Source: Guillardia theta CCMP2712
Lineage: Eukaryota; Protista; Cryptophyta
DNA: 64,000 nucleotides
Direction of reading: 5' to 3'
Assembly: GCF_000315625.1 (NCBI RefSeq)
Contig: NW_005434625.1
Location: 451,726-515,725 of the forward strand
Shown here: one piece after another, positions 1 through 17,967 of the stretch
Position numbering within the stretch: the first letter of the stretch is position 1
Layout: the number at the start of each line of letters is the position of its first letter
The notes under the pieces: model-generated
Seen by the model: the letters and a program-made list of their open reading frames with translations, nothing else
The model's database searches: none
What the model was told of the DNA's origin: nothing
Translations under genes and position numbers: made by a program

Positions 1-36
1 TCTCCCTCTCCTCCTCCTCGCATTGGGATCCCGGTA

Positions 37-195
37 NNNNNNNNNNNNNNNNNNNNNNNNNNNNNNNNNNNNNNNNNNNNNNNNNNNNNNNNNNNNNNNN
101 NNNNNNNNNNNNNNNNNNNNNNNNNNNNNNNNNNNNNNNNNNNNNNNNNNNNNNNNNNNNNNNNNNNNNNNNNNNNNNNNNNNNNNNNNNNNNNN
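37..195. other. assembly gap (N run)
   Basis: Run of n, flanked by CT-rich sequence. Confidence 0.99.
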
Positions 196-471
196 TCCTC
201 TGAGGCAGGCTTCACACTGTCCTCCTCCCTCCCCTCCCCTCCCCTCACCCGCTTCTCCCTCTCTCCCTCCCTCCCTCCCTCCCCTCCCCTCCCTCCTCCC
301 TCCTCCCTCCTCCCTCCTCCCTCCTCCCTCCTCCCTCCTCCCTCCTCCCTCCTCCCTCCTCCCTCCTCCCTCCTCCCTCCTCTCCTCCTCCCTCCTCCCT
401 CCTCCCTCCCTCTCCCTCTCCCTCTCCTCCTCCTCGCATTGCTCTCTCATCGCCAGCGCTCTTGTCCCTAG

Positions 472-1764
472 AATGCACTGACAAGTCACTTCAACTCCCT
501 TCGTGATGAGCAGAGATACAAGACCGGGCGCGGAGGGTGAGGGGGAGCGGTACTCATGCACTACAGAGGACGGGTGGATGATCTCTCTCCATCGGTACCG
601 GAGTAGAGCGCCGCCAGGGATAGCCAAGAAGAATCACTCCGTCCTCCTCTGCCATGGCTTCGCATCCAACCGTCACTCGTTCGACCTCAACCCGGAGGCG
701 AGCGTTGCAAGATACTTCGCCAACGAAGGATGGGACACGTGGATAGTGGAGCTGAGAGGTAGGACAACTGCTTGCCCGCAGAGGAATGGTTCACTGGCTG
801 ACTGACTGAATTTGGTTTCTCGTTTCAGGATCGGGGTTGAGCGAGAAGCCCAGCAGGGCTAACGGGAAGAAGTACGACTGGTGTGTTGACGATCACATCA
901 AAGACTGCCAGGCTTCCATCGCCCTCATCGTGCAGGAGACAGGAGCATCGGTGCACTTGCTCGGTCACAGCATGGGCGGGATGATACTGACCGCCATGGC
1001 GAGCATGAACCTGACCTCGAGCATCCGCAGCGGTGTGAGCATAGGGAGCACCATCTTCATGGAGGAGAGCTCCTGGCGGCACTACCTCTTCATGTGGCCC
1101 ATCCTCAAGCACCTCCCCTGCGTCCATGCGGATTTCTTCCAGAAGATGATCTCGCCCATGGCCGTCAGGACCAACTCGCCGTGGGACAAGCTCTTCTTCG
1201 TTCGCTCCAACGTCTCCGCCTCCCTTGCTCGCGAGATGTTCTCCAAGAACTGGGAGCCCATCGCCATCCCCTCGGTCCGCCAGTTCAAGAAAGCTCTCGA
1301 CCCCCGCGGCCTTCCAAGCAGGGATGGCTCCTCCTTCTACTCCGACGGTCTCTCTCAGATCTCCATCCCCATGCTCGTCATCGCTGGCTCTAAGGACAGA
1401 CAATGTCCGCCGCAAGGAGCAGAGAAGATGGCATCGATGATCCCGGGAGCAAGGTACATCTGCTTGGGGAAGCAGAATGGCCAGAAGCATTCCTATGGTA
1501 AGGGCAACCGCCCTCCTCCCTCCCCTCTTTCTCCCTCCCTCCTCCCTTCTCCCTCCCTTCTCCCTCCCTTCTCCCTCCCTTCTCCCTCCCTTCTCCCTCC
1601 CTTCTCCCTCCTCTCATGAGCTAATTTCGACGGCACGTGCAGGTCACTTCGATTTATTGATCGGCAAGAACGCTCGGGAAGAGTGCTGGTTCCAAGTCCT
1701 CAAGTTCCTCCAGGAGAACGACAGTTATGACGAGATGAAAGACAGGGAGGAAGGAGGAGACTAG
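472..1764 (+). CDS. alpha/beta-hydrolase fold protein (spliced; 5' part probably upstream or in the gap)
   Basis: Exons ~472-758, 829-1497, 1643-1764 with GT-AG introns 759-828 and 1498-1642. Motifs LLCHGFASN, nucleophile elbow GHSMGG, IAGSKD, and spliced YGHFDLL (catalytic His). Confidence 0.85.
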
Positions 1765-2070
1765 ACGGTTGTAACGATGAGTCCATAACCCATTCATGCG
1801 ACTGATTGATTACCTTTACATACGATTCATTCATCATTTGACACACACATACTGGAATACCGGACACGAACATGTCCGATCGGTAAGGAGGTGAGGCGAG
1901 GGGCGAGGCAGGGCAGGGAGAGGAGAGGACAAGTCAGAGTGGCAGACAAGGGGATGCTGCAGCAGGGACCCACTTGCAGAGGATGACTGAGCCTGGTCGC
2001 CAGAGAGAATGAAAGGAGAGCCGAGAGAGAGAAAGAGGCGGCAGGGAGGAGACAACAAGCACAGGCAGCT

Positions 2071-5000
2071 TCACTTGGCAAGGAGATCTCGCCAGAACAC
2101 GTAGCTCTCGTGGCTTCCTTCCTTGGTGACCTCATACAGCGGCCGGAGGTGAACCTGCACCCGCATGAAAGTTACCTCCTACTCCACACCCCTCCTCTCC
2201 TCCTCCAGACAACCCCCTTCGCTTGCTCCTCCCCTTCCTCCCTCTTTCCCCCCTACCCCCCCTCACGTCCTTCCCATCTGCATCTGCATCAGCTCGTGTT
2301 CACCTGCACCTCCACGATGTGCGTCTCCACCTCCCCGTTCCGCTCCCACGCGGCGACAGGAACGAAGTGGCAGGTCCGCTCGTCGCTCGTCCAGCCGACC
2401 TCGAGGGAGAGCGAGAGGTTGCGGAAACCCGTCGCCTCCTCGAAGTCCTTCGACTCCTCGTCGAAGCGATTCTTCACCTTGGTGATGCGGAACAGCTTCT
2501 TCCCTTGGCCCTCTCCTCCTCCCTCCCCTCCCTCCCCGTACAGGTCGTGCTGGGTGAAGAAGCCGACGACCGATCGCTCCAGGAGGCTCATCAGCACCCC
2601 CAGCAGCGTCTGCATGTCCTCCACCACAAACGTACATCGCACAAGATCCGTCAGCAGCCCAACGTCCCTGCCATCCAACTCACTCCCTCACTCCCCAACA
2701 GCCCACTCCCCTCCCCCCGCCTGCAGGCTCCACTCCTCCTGNNNNNNNNNNNNNNNNNNNNNNNNNNNNNNNNNNNNNNNNNNNNNNNNNNNNNNNNNNN
2801 NNNNNNNNNNNNNNNNNNNNNNNNNNNNNNNNNNNNNNNNNCCTCGACCACCACCACCACCACCTCCTCCTCGTGCTGCTTCTCCTTTTGTCCCCACTCT
2901 TCTTCTTCTTGCTTCTGCTCCCCTCTCCCCCATCCCCTCTCCCTCAGCCCTCACCTCCTGTAAGCCCTGATGCACTTCTGGAAGCTCCGCAGCGGCTGCT
3001 TCACCGGCCCAGGTACAAACTCAAACTTCTTGACAGGTTCTTCCCCCCCAAAGGTCGCATGAAGCTCAGCTGGGGATGGAACGCTCGTCGGTTGCTCCTT
3101 CTCATGCGTCTGAGTCGCCAGGTAGCTCTCCACGATGGAGCTCAGCACCTGCTGGACAGGCTCGTTGATGCTCGCGGCCTGTGCAAACAGCTGGTCGATG
3201 TCCGAGGATCGCTGCCGCGCCTTGCCGTTGAGGGAGTACCTCCTGCTCTGGTCGAAGTGCGAGGTCAGAAGCCAGACTATGTTGGTCCACTTGTCCTGGC
3301 GCGATAGGGCGCGAGAGTCGTTGGTGATGATGGAGGAGATGCGGCGAGTCAGCACCAGGACGCGACGGAACGCTTCACGATCGTCCTCGCAGCGGCTCGA
3401 GTCCACCACAACCTGTACATCTGCGACCTTACCGCGATGAGGAGCGGGCTCACTCGCCACGCTGAGGCTTTCGATGTTGAACCTCTCCCTCACCCGCTTC
3501 CATCGCTCGTTGTATCGCTCCACGTCCCGGCTGAGATACTGCGACGCCTCCTTACGCACTCGCACCCACAGAACCAAGAGAATCGGAATCATGGCGAAGT
3601 ATGAGCAGGCGATCACAAGCATCAGGTCCCCGACATACTTGTTGGCTCCTCCATTGAGGATCGGGTTGACCGCACAAGAAGCTGGACTGCTCCACAGTAG
3701 ATGAAGATGCCGAAAATTAGATACTCCTGTCGGTAGCGGAGGAGGAGGGAGAGGACAAGGCTGAAGATTATACAGACGATGATCCAGATGAGAAAGCCTG
3801 TTTCCACCGACGTCTCCCACGTCCAGCTCGGGTCGTGCAAGGACAGAGCATGCTGCAGGATCTCGACGAGGAGGGCGAGGACAGCCGTGAAGCTGTTCAC
3901 CGTAAACATCCTCTGAGCAAACCGGCGAGCAACTAGAGGAGACTGGTAACGACCAGCGTAGGAGATGAGGATGATGAGAATGCCTAGCCCGATCTCATTC
4001 AGAGGAGTCATGATGAAGTAGTTTGCCCACAGCAGCCTCGTCCTCCCCCCCCCGTACCACAGGAACGGGTTCGCCATCACGTAAGCCCCAAAGAGGATAA
4101 GACCACTACCATAGAGCGCTACGGCAACCTGGAAGAACACCTTTGACATTGCAATCTCACAAGCGTTACTGGAGAACGTGCAGGACAGTGCAGATCCTCG
4201 CACGTCTGTGTAGTCATCCAGCCTCCTCGCCAGCTTGTGCGATCGCTCGTCCTCCTTGAGCTTCTCGATCGCAGCCGCCAGTCGCAGTCGCAGGCCCAAA
4301 GTCTCTAACTCAGTCCCATTCTCAACCCCAGTAGCTATGCTGAACAGCGTCCACAAGCGATCCACGTCCTCTCTCCTCAGCTTCGCTATGATGTCGAGCG
4401 TGTGCAGGTCTGCAGCATTCAGGATGGGAGCTGCCCGCATCAGGCTGTTCTCCTGTAGCCAGTCCAGCAGCTCCACCCCCGTCGGCGTGTTGAAACGAAA
4501 CCTCCTCCTCCTCCACGAGTCTATGTCCCTACGAACTACATGCAGGATCCTCTCGGCGCAGTCAGTGAAGGGCTGCTCTGACGACATCTGCGACAGCTTG
4601 ATCCCCTGCAGCTTCAAGATCATCCCCACCGTCTCCTTCACCGACCTGCTTCTCATCTCCATCAGTTGCGCTTCCTTCACGCCGAAGCTCCGCAGCAGCT
4701 GCTCTGCCGTGTCGTTGGTCATCTTGGAAGGACGGTCGGGGAGATTCTTCAGCTCCTCCATCGGAAACCTCACCTCTGCCCCCTCCGAGTCCCTGTCCAT
4801 GAACACGGGGAGGATCGAGCGAAGAGAGCTGTCCTCCATCCGCGTCCACTCCAACGCGATGATGTACTCGAGAAGCACGTTGTCCACTCTGTCCGCATCC
4901 TTCAGCGACATCATCCCTCCCAGCGACCCTCCCCCATCCCCCGTCCACGAGAGTAGGGGAACGAAGACCATGGTGTGCACGACTCCGCGAGCAAACGAGT

Positions 5001-5340
5001 CCTCCCAGTTCTTCCCGTCTTCCAGGCATTCCACGTCCAAGAACACCTTAGCACATTGAGGAGGCAGGCCTGAGGGCTTCTTGGTGAAGCCGCACCACTG
5101 ACCTCTCCCTTCGGCGGGGATGGGGAGCCTTGAGGTGGAGACCTCTCGAAGCTGTTTGTAGATCATGTGCGCTATCTCCTTGTCGCATGCCACTCGGTAG
5201 GAGAGGAAGACATGGAAGAGCCGCCCTTTCAAGGAGAAGGGACGCACAGGGTTGTACGACCTGCTCGCAAGGCCCAGCAGCTTGGAGGTGATGGATTGAT
5301 TGTGGGCAACCGATATGTATCCACCAGCTTCTCCGCGCAT
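2071..5340 (-). CDS. TIR + SAM + multi-pass TM + RelA/SpoT-like (small alarmone synthetase-type) nucleotidyltransferase domain protein
   Basis: Inferred exons 5340-3676, 3637-2955, 2667-2304, 2154-2071. TIR: FHVFLSYR, KVFLDVECLEDGKNW, VFVPLLS, DNVLLEY, ILPVF. SAM: ELLDWLQENSL...GLRLRLAAAIEKL. Several hydrophobic helices follow. C-terminal GPVKQPLRSFQK, TDLVRC, KNRF, GFRNLSL, HIVEVQVH, SHESY. Confidence 0.75.
2742..2841. other. assembly gap (N run) within an intron
   Basis: 100 n inside the 2668-2954 intron. Confidence 0.99.
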
Positions 5341-5580
5341 TGTCGCCGGCCGGTCTCAGGTATGCTTTGTCCAGCTCTTGTCCTCCTCACGTTTGGCTGA
5401 GCTCTTATCACACCCAGCGCTTCGGCTCCTTCTCCAGCTACCCCTCAGCGCCTCCTGCTCCCTTCCTGCTCAACTGCTGCCAGGCAAAGAACTTCAAGGG
5501 GTCTAATTTCCCCGATTGTGTTCAGTACATTATAGCCTCAGTAGATCAGACCGGTCAGGTAAAATAACTCTCCTGCCTCC

Positions 5581-5920
5581 TTTACTCAAAGTCTTTACTC
5601 AAAGTTAAGTTACTCAAACGGTCAAGTTGGTCCCGGCGGCGTTGCCGCAGTGCGGCGACCGGGCCCTGTCGAGTCTACTCACGGCCCCGGGGCCCTGCCG
5701 ACTGCTGTCCCCCAAACTTGACTGATATCTTCACTTAACTGCGGTTTCCGAATTCACTGGTGAACCACTCAGGCGGCGGCCCGGCCAGCTGCCACTTGAC
5801 TCAGTGAACCGCCGACCGGGCGCCACGGTGAATGCGCCCGTCGACCGCGGCCCGGGCCTTGAGCGGCCGCCCGGGCCCCGGGCCCGCGGCGGGTCACCGG
5901 AACTTGAATTTGAGTAAAAG
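5581..5920. promoter_or_regulatory. GC-rich intergenic island bounded by inverted copies of the TTTACTCAAAGTTAAGTT element
   Basis: 5594-5611 versus the reverse complement of 5901-5918 match 16/18; lies between divergent genes. Confidence 0.5.
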
Positions 5921-6056
5921 TTTTTGTTTCCCGCCAAATGACTTCCATGGTCAGAATCTGAGCGACCCCAGTGAAAGGCGAGAAGGGAAGCAGAAGGCGA
6001 GATCGTTGAGACAGGCAGGTCAAGCTCCCCGATACCGTCCAGCTGATCCTCAAGAC

Positions 6057-12019
<5,963 letters not shown>

Positions 12020-12324
12020 GAAGGAGGATATAGGCTACATGGCTCTAGTCCGTGATATGCATTACTAGCACTCCACGACCTTCTGGGCGACTTGGAAGGA
12101 AATTGAGCGAGATATGACATGATCTCCGGTTGTTTAACGTGTCCTGTGCGGCCGGCGAGAACGATTGGGAGGTTGCAACAACTTCCCTGGTCTTATCTTT
12201 AAGAATTTATGTATAATCTTTCAAGAACATAACAAGTCGTGTGTTCGTAGCCGAATGAGCCCATGGAGGATGTTTTCATGAACGAAATATGATGATGATA
12301 GTCATTAAAGCAGGCCCGCTCTTT

Positions 12325-13371
12325 TCATGTTTGTGTTCTCTTCACGATATCAGCTTTGACGATAGCCAGCTGGCCGCACCAAAACTCCCTCTCCTCGGAG
12401 GAAATATCCGTGCGGCGGAGCTCCGCCGAGATCTCACGAAATTGTTGTCGAAGAGAGCCCAGCAGCTGCATTCTTGTAAGCTCTAGGCGAGATTGCTCCA
12501 AATCAGACATCTCCTCAGTTGCTGTGTTGAGACGCTCGGCGAACTTCTGAACAACATGGCCAACACTCTCCAGCATTTCATCTGCTTTTCTCTTCACTCC
12601 TTCAGACACTGACGTGGACCCCTGAAACTTCAGACGGCTGGGCGTCGGTCGAACATGGCGGGCATCATCCATCTGCCCATCCTTGTCAACCAGAGGTGTT
12701 TCGCCCGGCATGGACCCTTGCGAGTTGCCTCTGATGGACGAATCTGCTCCGCTACACGAGTCAATCAACTGACATACATCGCCATGACCCTCGCAAAGCA
12801 TGTGGAAGTAATAGACAAAAGGCTTCGGTTTGCCAAAAGCTTTGCCATCTTCTTTCCTGTCGACGCAGAAAGGGAAAAAATCCTTGTCCTCACCAGCCTG
12901 CTGGTGGTGTTCCCTAGCATCGTATAGCTTCCTCTTGAGATCCTGATACTTTGATTTGATGTACCTGACACTCCTCCTCTCGTCCGAGCTCCTCGAAGAC
13001 GGATCTAGGTGGTTAATGCGCGGGTCTTGGAACGGGTTCCTGGGCTTGAACGAGGGGTCATTGAACAGCTCTGTCATGGTAGTGAAAATCTTCAGCTGAT
13101 TCGTATACTCTCCCCCACTGGCCTCTCGTTCCACCGCCCTCTCCGCGCTCTGGATCAACAGCTTGATCTGATCCGAGCAGATACAGTGCGCAAGACGGAC
13201 CCAGTCCAAGTGCTTCCAGTTGTCCCTGGGGGTGCCGGAGAGACTGGACCTTCCCTGTCCTTCTCTCTCCTCCTTCAGCACGGGGATAGAACCGACTACC
13301 ATCTTCATGTCTCGTTGCTCCTTCTGCATCCCCTCCACCTCCTGCTCTGCCTCCGCCTCCGCCCCTGCCAT
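12325..13371 (-). CDS. intronless hypothetical protein, Myb/SANT(trihelix)-like DNA-binding region plus C-terminal coiled coil
   Basis: Long ORF with ATG at 13371; DWVRLAHCI...FTTMTELFNDP...LDPS...IKSKYQDLKRKL...DFFPFC...YYFH pattern. Confidence 0.5.
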   Translation of the reverse strand: MAGAEAEAEQEVEGMQKEQRDMKMVVGSIPVLKEEREGQGRSSLSGTPRDNWKHLDWVRLAHCICSDQIKLLIQSAERAVEREASGGEYTNQLKIFTTMTELFNDPSFKPRNPFQDPRINHLDPSSRSSDERRSVRYIKSKYQDLKRKLYDAREHHQQAGEDKDFFPFCVDRKEDGKAFGKPKPFVYYFHMLCEGHGDVCQLIDSCSGADSSIRGNSQGSMPGETPLVDKDGQMDDARHVRPTPSRLKFQGSTSVSEGVKRKADEMLESVGHVVQKFAERLNTATEEMSDLEQSRLELTRMQLLGSLRQQFREISAELRRTDISSEEREFWCGQLAIVKADIVKRTQT

Positions 13372-14528
13372 AGCGCTCACTGGCCCGTCCGTCCTCTCAC
13401 TCTGACCCTGCTGCACACCACCCCAATTTGTTGACCACCCACCCTACCATTTCACTTTACTGAATTATATCAAGTTACCGGTGTCTCCACCAGGACCCAC
13501 CATATAAAAACTAATACACCTTTGTTTAGTTTTGAATTAGTTTTCACAAAATGATAAAAATAAGAAAATGTTACTTTCCAGTTGTACCAGACGGAATACA
13601 CCCCTACCATCAAATATTAATGACTACCCCCATTTTCACCTTCTCGTACCCCACCAACATGGTGCTTTTTCACTCCCACCAAACTTGTGATTGGTGGACC
13701 CCACCCCCTTTTTGAGCCTGCCATAACCCTGCAAAATATTGAGGCGGGCTCAGTTTCATCTCCCTCCTGCACATGACCACCCCATCACACTACCCCCACC
13801 GATCCTTTTCACCTGCTAAGATCTTTCCTTGACCCTCCCGCTGTTCCACTCATTACCCTGACATATCTCACTAAAAACCACCGGTGAATGGAGCATGACG
13901 AGGGTACACATGCAAGGGTCGGGTGACCACCCTACCCTTGAAAAGCCACCCTACCCCCTTGAACTTGAACTGAGGCCGCTAAGTGAGGCCATGGCGTCAC
14001 GGATGGAAGAAGGGAGGAGGAGGGAGAAGATCTTGTTTCTAATCTGGTCCATCCCTCCATCAAACATTGGTCTTGTTTGCCTTCACTCCTTTTCCTGCCT
14101 CTTCTTCATCATGGCCCTCCAGTCCTTGCCGTTGGAGTGATCGTTCCAATTGAGATTTCAGCTCTACCTCGTGAAACGTCTTGCTTGCGTCTTATTTACT
14201 AGATGTCCCCTGAGCTGCTTAGTACATCTGCTTGTCATTACTATCATGTGGATGTGTTTGATGCACTTGTTTGCCATCAGCGCAATGCTTGAAAACATTC
14301 TAAGGGACGAACTTTTGTTCTGGTCCCCTTTTTAACTTCAGACGTTTTCTTAGTTTGAGGATTGTTCATAAGTTTTCCAAGTTTCAACTGAAGTGCAAGT
14401 CTATATCTGAATGTGCCTTGCTGTGGGCCAACTACATGTAGGCAGTAGGAGTGCAATGCAAATGCTGATTTGTTTGTTTGTCACTGATGACTCCTTACTC
14501 CAGGCCTTCGACGATCTCAATTCCCAAG

Positions 14529-15119
14529 ATGATGCGATCGAGCTTGAGATCGATTCAGTTTTTTTGTCTTCTGCTAGCAAGCGTGATGAGTGCTGCTGCG
14601 GAGTTTCAATCTCTTGGATTTGTCGGCTCTGCCCTCAAGCCTATGTCGCTCACAGCTTCTTTCACATCGAAATGTGGCATTTCACCGATCCAGGTTAGAT
14701 TCGCTCGGCAGTCTATTGGCACCGTTTTTGTTGACTGCAATGAATATTCAGAGAGGCAGAACTCAGCAGGCCAACTCCGTTGTCATGATGTCTGGAAACA
14801 AGAAGAAGAAGGATTGCATCGAGTTGGATGGTGTAGTAACAGAGTCGCTGCCTAACGCCATGTTCCGTGTTGAGCTTGAGGCCAACCAGCAGGTATGGTT
14901 GTTACCATTTGCAAGATCGAATGATGATAAAAAAAAACTAGGTGATCCTGGCACACATCTCTGGAAAGATCAGGAAGAACTTCATCAAAATTTTGCCTGG
15001 AGACAAAGTGACCTGCGAGCTGTCCCCTTACGACCTGACCAAGGCAAGATTACTGCTTCCTCTTGGCTGACATGCTCTGACCAAGATTGCAGGGCCGCAT
15101 CACCTTCAGGTACAAGTAA
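14529..15119 (+). CDS. infA: plastid-targeted translation initiation factor IF-1
   Basis: Exons 14529-14693, 14752-14892, 14942-15043, 15093-15119 give a signal peptide ending AAA-EF, a transit-like region and [20 protein letters not shown]...[41 protein letters not shown]. The third intron is GC-AG. Confidence 0.93.
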
Positions 15120-15481
15120 ACTTCATAAGTCGCTTTCAGTTCTGCGCAATCCGAGCCTTCGTAGCATTTTTGGGGGTAGAAGGATCGGACTGCTGTTTCA
15201 TCGTCACTTCTCAACCTGTACTTTTCAATAGTAAATTTGCTTCACATTTCTTCATGACGGCGATTCTTGCACGATCCAAACCTAGTGACAGTAGGTGCAG
15301 AGTGAAAGAGAAGGTTGGGAATACACATGATGTGAAGATCTTGAATGCATTGTTGACTGAGTCTGGCTCTGCGGAAGTGTTCCAAAATGATAATCAATCG
15401 CTGCAAATAGAAACTGAAGGGAATCAAGGAAGCTTGGATTGGCAAAACGACTCTTTACTCTGTGAAGATAAAATAAACTTT

Positions 15482-16483
15482 CTAATTGTCGAAGCAGGTA
15501 CGGGGTCTGCGAGCAACAAAAGTCTTCTTGAGAGCCTTGGAGGATGGGCGAAGGACGCGATGGGTGATAGGGAACTTGATGTCCTTCTCGAGGTATTCCT
15601 TGTTCCAGGTCTTGCGGAGCATGTCATCGGGCACCTGGGCAGTGCGGACGATCTGCACGTTGCTGAAGCGCGAACGATGGCGAGCAGCCACATCCTGGTA
15701 CATCTTGGAGACGGCTCCGCAGATGGAGACATCACGGTACTCCCTGTACATGTTATGGTGACCAGTACGAGAGTCATAACGCATCCAGATGCCATAGTTG
15801 CTGACAGTGGAAGGCTTCTTCTCGAAGATCTAACGAACGTTATAGGTCAGAAATGCAGCAACAACAGAATGAGACATGATTGGAGTTTGAAAATAGACAT
15901 GCGACTAGCATACTGTGACAGTGAGAGTGTGAAACGATGAAACAGATCTAGATATTTGACCATTAACATTTCCATTCACCTCGTGGAGTACTACATTGCA
16001 ACTACGAGTTATCCTCGGCAATACACAAACATAGATGAAGACGTTGTAATAAAATCAGCTGTATCACTTCACGATGGAACTAACTAGACATCTCTAGGAA
16101 GGATGTATCGCATAACAACAAATCAGTCCCTAGAAATCTGGAGGGGCGGAGCACATAAGAAAGGACAAGCATATAGTATCATTTTCAACATGGATCGAAT
16201 CCGACAAACTCCCGCAGCACACCCTAATCGTATGGTATATCGACCACTTCCTCTCTCTTAGTCTCACCTCATTGATCTGAAGAATCTCTCCGTTGGCCTT
16301 CTTCACTCGCTTGAGGAGGGACATGTAGTACCAGAACCTGGACTTGGCCACAACCTTGTTGGGAGCAAAGATGTTCATCTTGTAGATGTCTGCCTTGCGT
16401 GTACCCTTCTCAGCCGAAGGCTTCAGCCTGCCCACCACCTGGTACTGATGGTAGCGCGTCTGCACCAACCCCGTGTCCTGCAT
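15482..16483 (-). CDS. RPL18A: 60S ribosomal protein L18a (eL20)
   Basis: Exons 16483-16268 and 15829-15482: YQVVGR...IFAPNKVVAKSRFWYY...KKANGEIL|IFEKKP..NYGIWMRYDSRTGHHNMYREYRD. Confidence 0.95.
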
Positions 16484-17275
16484 GGCGAACTGCTCAACCC
16501 GCACGAGAGCCTCGCAGGAAAAAAAAGAGAGGGTTGTGAGGCCGCTATCAGGGGTAGTCTGGGGAGAAGGGAGGGGTGGAACAAAATCGTGTGCCTGAAG
16601 AAGGGGTTTGAAAATAGAAAATCGGGGGTACTGAGTACCACGGGTTATCTAATAGGGGTGAGTCTGGCTAAGATAAGGGGTAGTACCAAGAATAATTCAT
16701 GACCGGGTTTGAAGTCAGTAAAATGGAGGGGTAATTCTCCACAGAGCATGTGAGGAATGACCTACCATGTCTTTTCAAAGGATAGATAGGGAAACAGGTA
16801 GGGTAGTCAAAGGAGTACCCTTGCATCTTGATGTTCGAATGGAATCACTACAAAACAAGGGGGTAGGGGGGTACAGAAAATCATGTACGGGTCCTGCACC
16901 TGGGATAGAGAGGGTACTATTGTAACGGTTCGGTTACGTCAGCGGCTCTTCAGCCATGCTGAGGTATGGCAAGTAGACGATGGGTGCTGGTAATGAGACG
17001 GGCGCATGGTAGACAGATGTGTGGGTCAAAGGCAGAGAGGGGATCGGGTGTAGGATATGCTTGTAAGGTGTGCAATGGGTTGAGGCGGAATGGTGTTGTG
17101 CCTGCTGGGAGATCGAAGCCTAGATGTGCAGAGAGGAAGATAGAAGAGTCGAAGATAAATAGAGACAGAGATGGAGATGGAGATGAAGATGGAGATGGAG
17201 ATGGAGATAGACTGGGATAGAGGGAAGTGAAGAGATCAGATTCATGTTTGCGATGGAACTTCAGGCACAAACTGA

Positions 17276-17711
17276 GTGATTGCTCCACTCAGTTTCAATA
17301 GCAAGACTTTGGCTGGCATTGCTGCATTGCTTGCCCTCGTCGGCGTTGTGGGCATCGCTACCATCCACGTCCGCCGCAGTGAGCTTCTGGTCGACTACTT
17401 CCCTGTGCAGGTTAGTGTGTGGAGTGCAAGGCCGAGGGTAGCTGAGAGCTGTGAAGGTGGTCAACATCCCAAGGAAGCAGATCCTCTATGTCGGGGCTCA
17501 GTGCGAGGCATCCTGCAAGGACAACTTCCTGAAGTGCACGCACGGACTTGGACAGAGGGAGTATCCCTCGGACCTGTCCTACTATCCCCCCAACCAGGCA
17601 GCTGAATGGACTCCCACTGCGACTGGACTGGATTTGTGGAAGCAAGACATTCTCCACTGCTACCAGCTCTACCAGAAGTTCTGTATGCCCCAGTGCGCCA
17701 ACATGTTCTAG
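17276..17711 (+). CDS. small type II membrane/secreted Cys-containing protein (start uncertain)
   Basis: Hydrophobic anchor TLAGIAALLALVGVVGIA then RRSELL; intron near 17411-17456; Cys-rich exon ending 17711. Confidence 0.5.
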
Positions 17712-17967
17712 ATTAGCTGCTCTTATAATCCCCTTTAAATGCCTCATGTTTCATAAACCTTCAATTACAGATCTTGATCGATCTGGAGATTTGAAAATAT
17801 TTCTTGATGAGTCATACTTCTGCCGGAAAATTGAAAACAAGGTGCTGTGCTCGTTCAGCACCAAGGTTTTGATCCCAATGGAAACAAGTATTCATGTCTG
17901 TACATACGTTGATTTGTTCAGTGTCCCTGCTGCCAAGATTTTCCATCAAAGTATTGCAGCATAGAGA

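Noticed and set aside
196-440. Pro/Ser/Leu or Gly/Arg/Glu-rich ORFs (also at 1515-1615 and 46600-52050)
   Set aside because: Translations of CT/GA low-complexity introns.
4235-5059. Long antisense ORFs opposite real genes (also 15170-15940, 34363-35039, 58289-59323)
   Set aside because: Shadow ORFs from high-GC3 codon usage.
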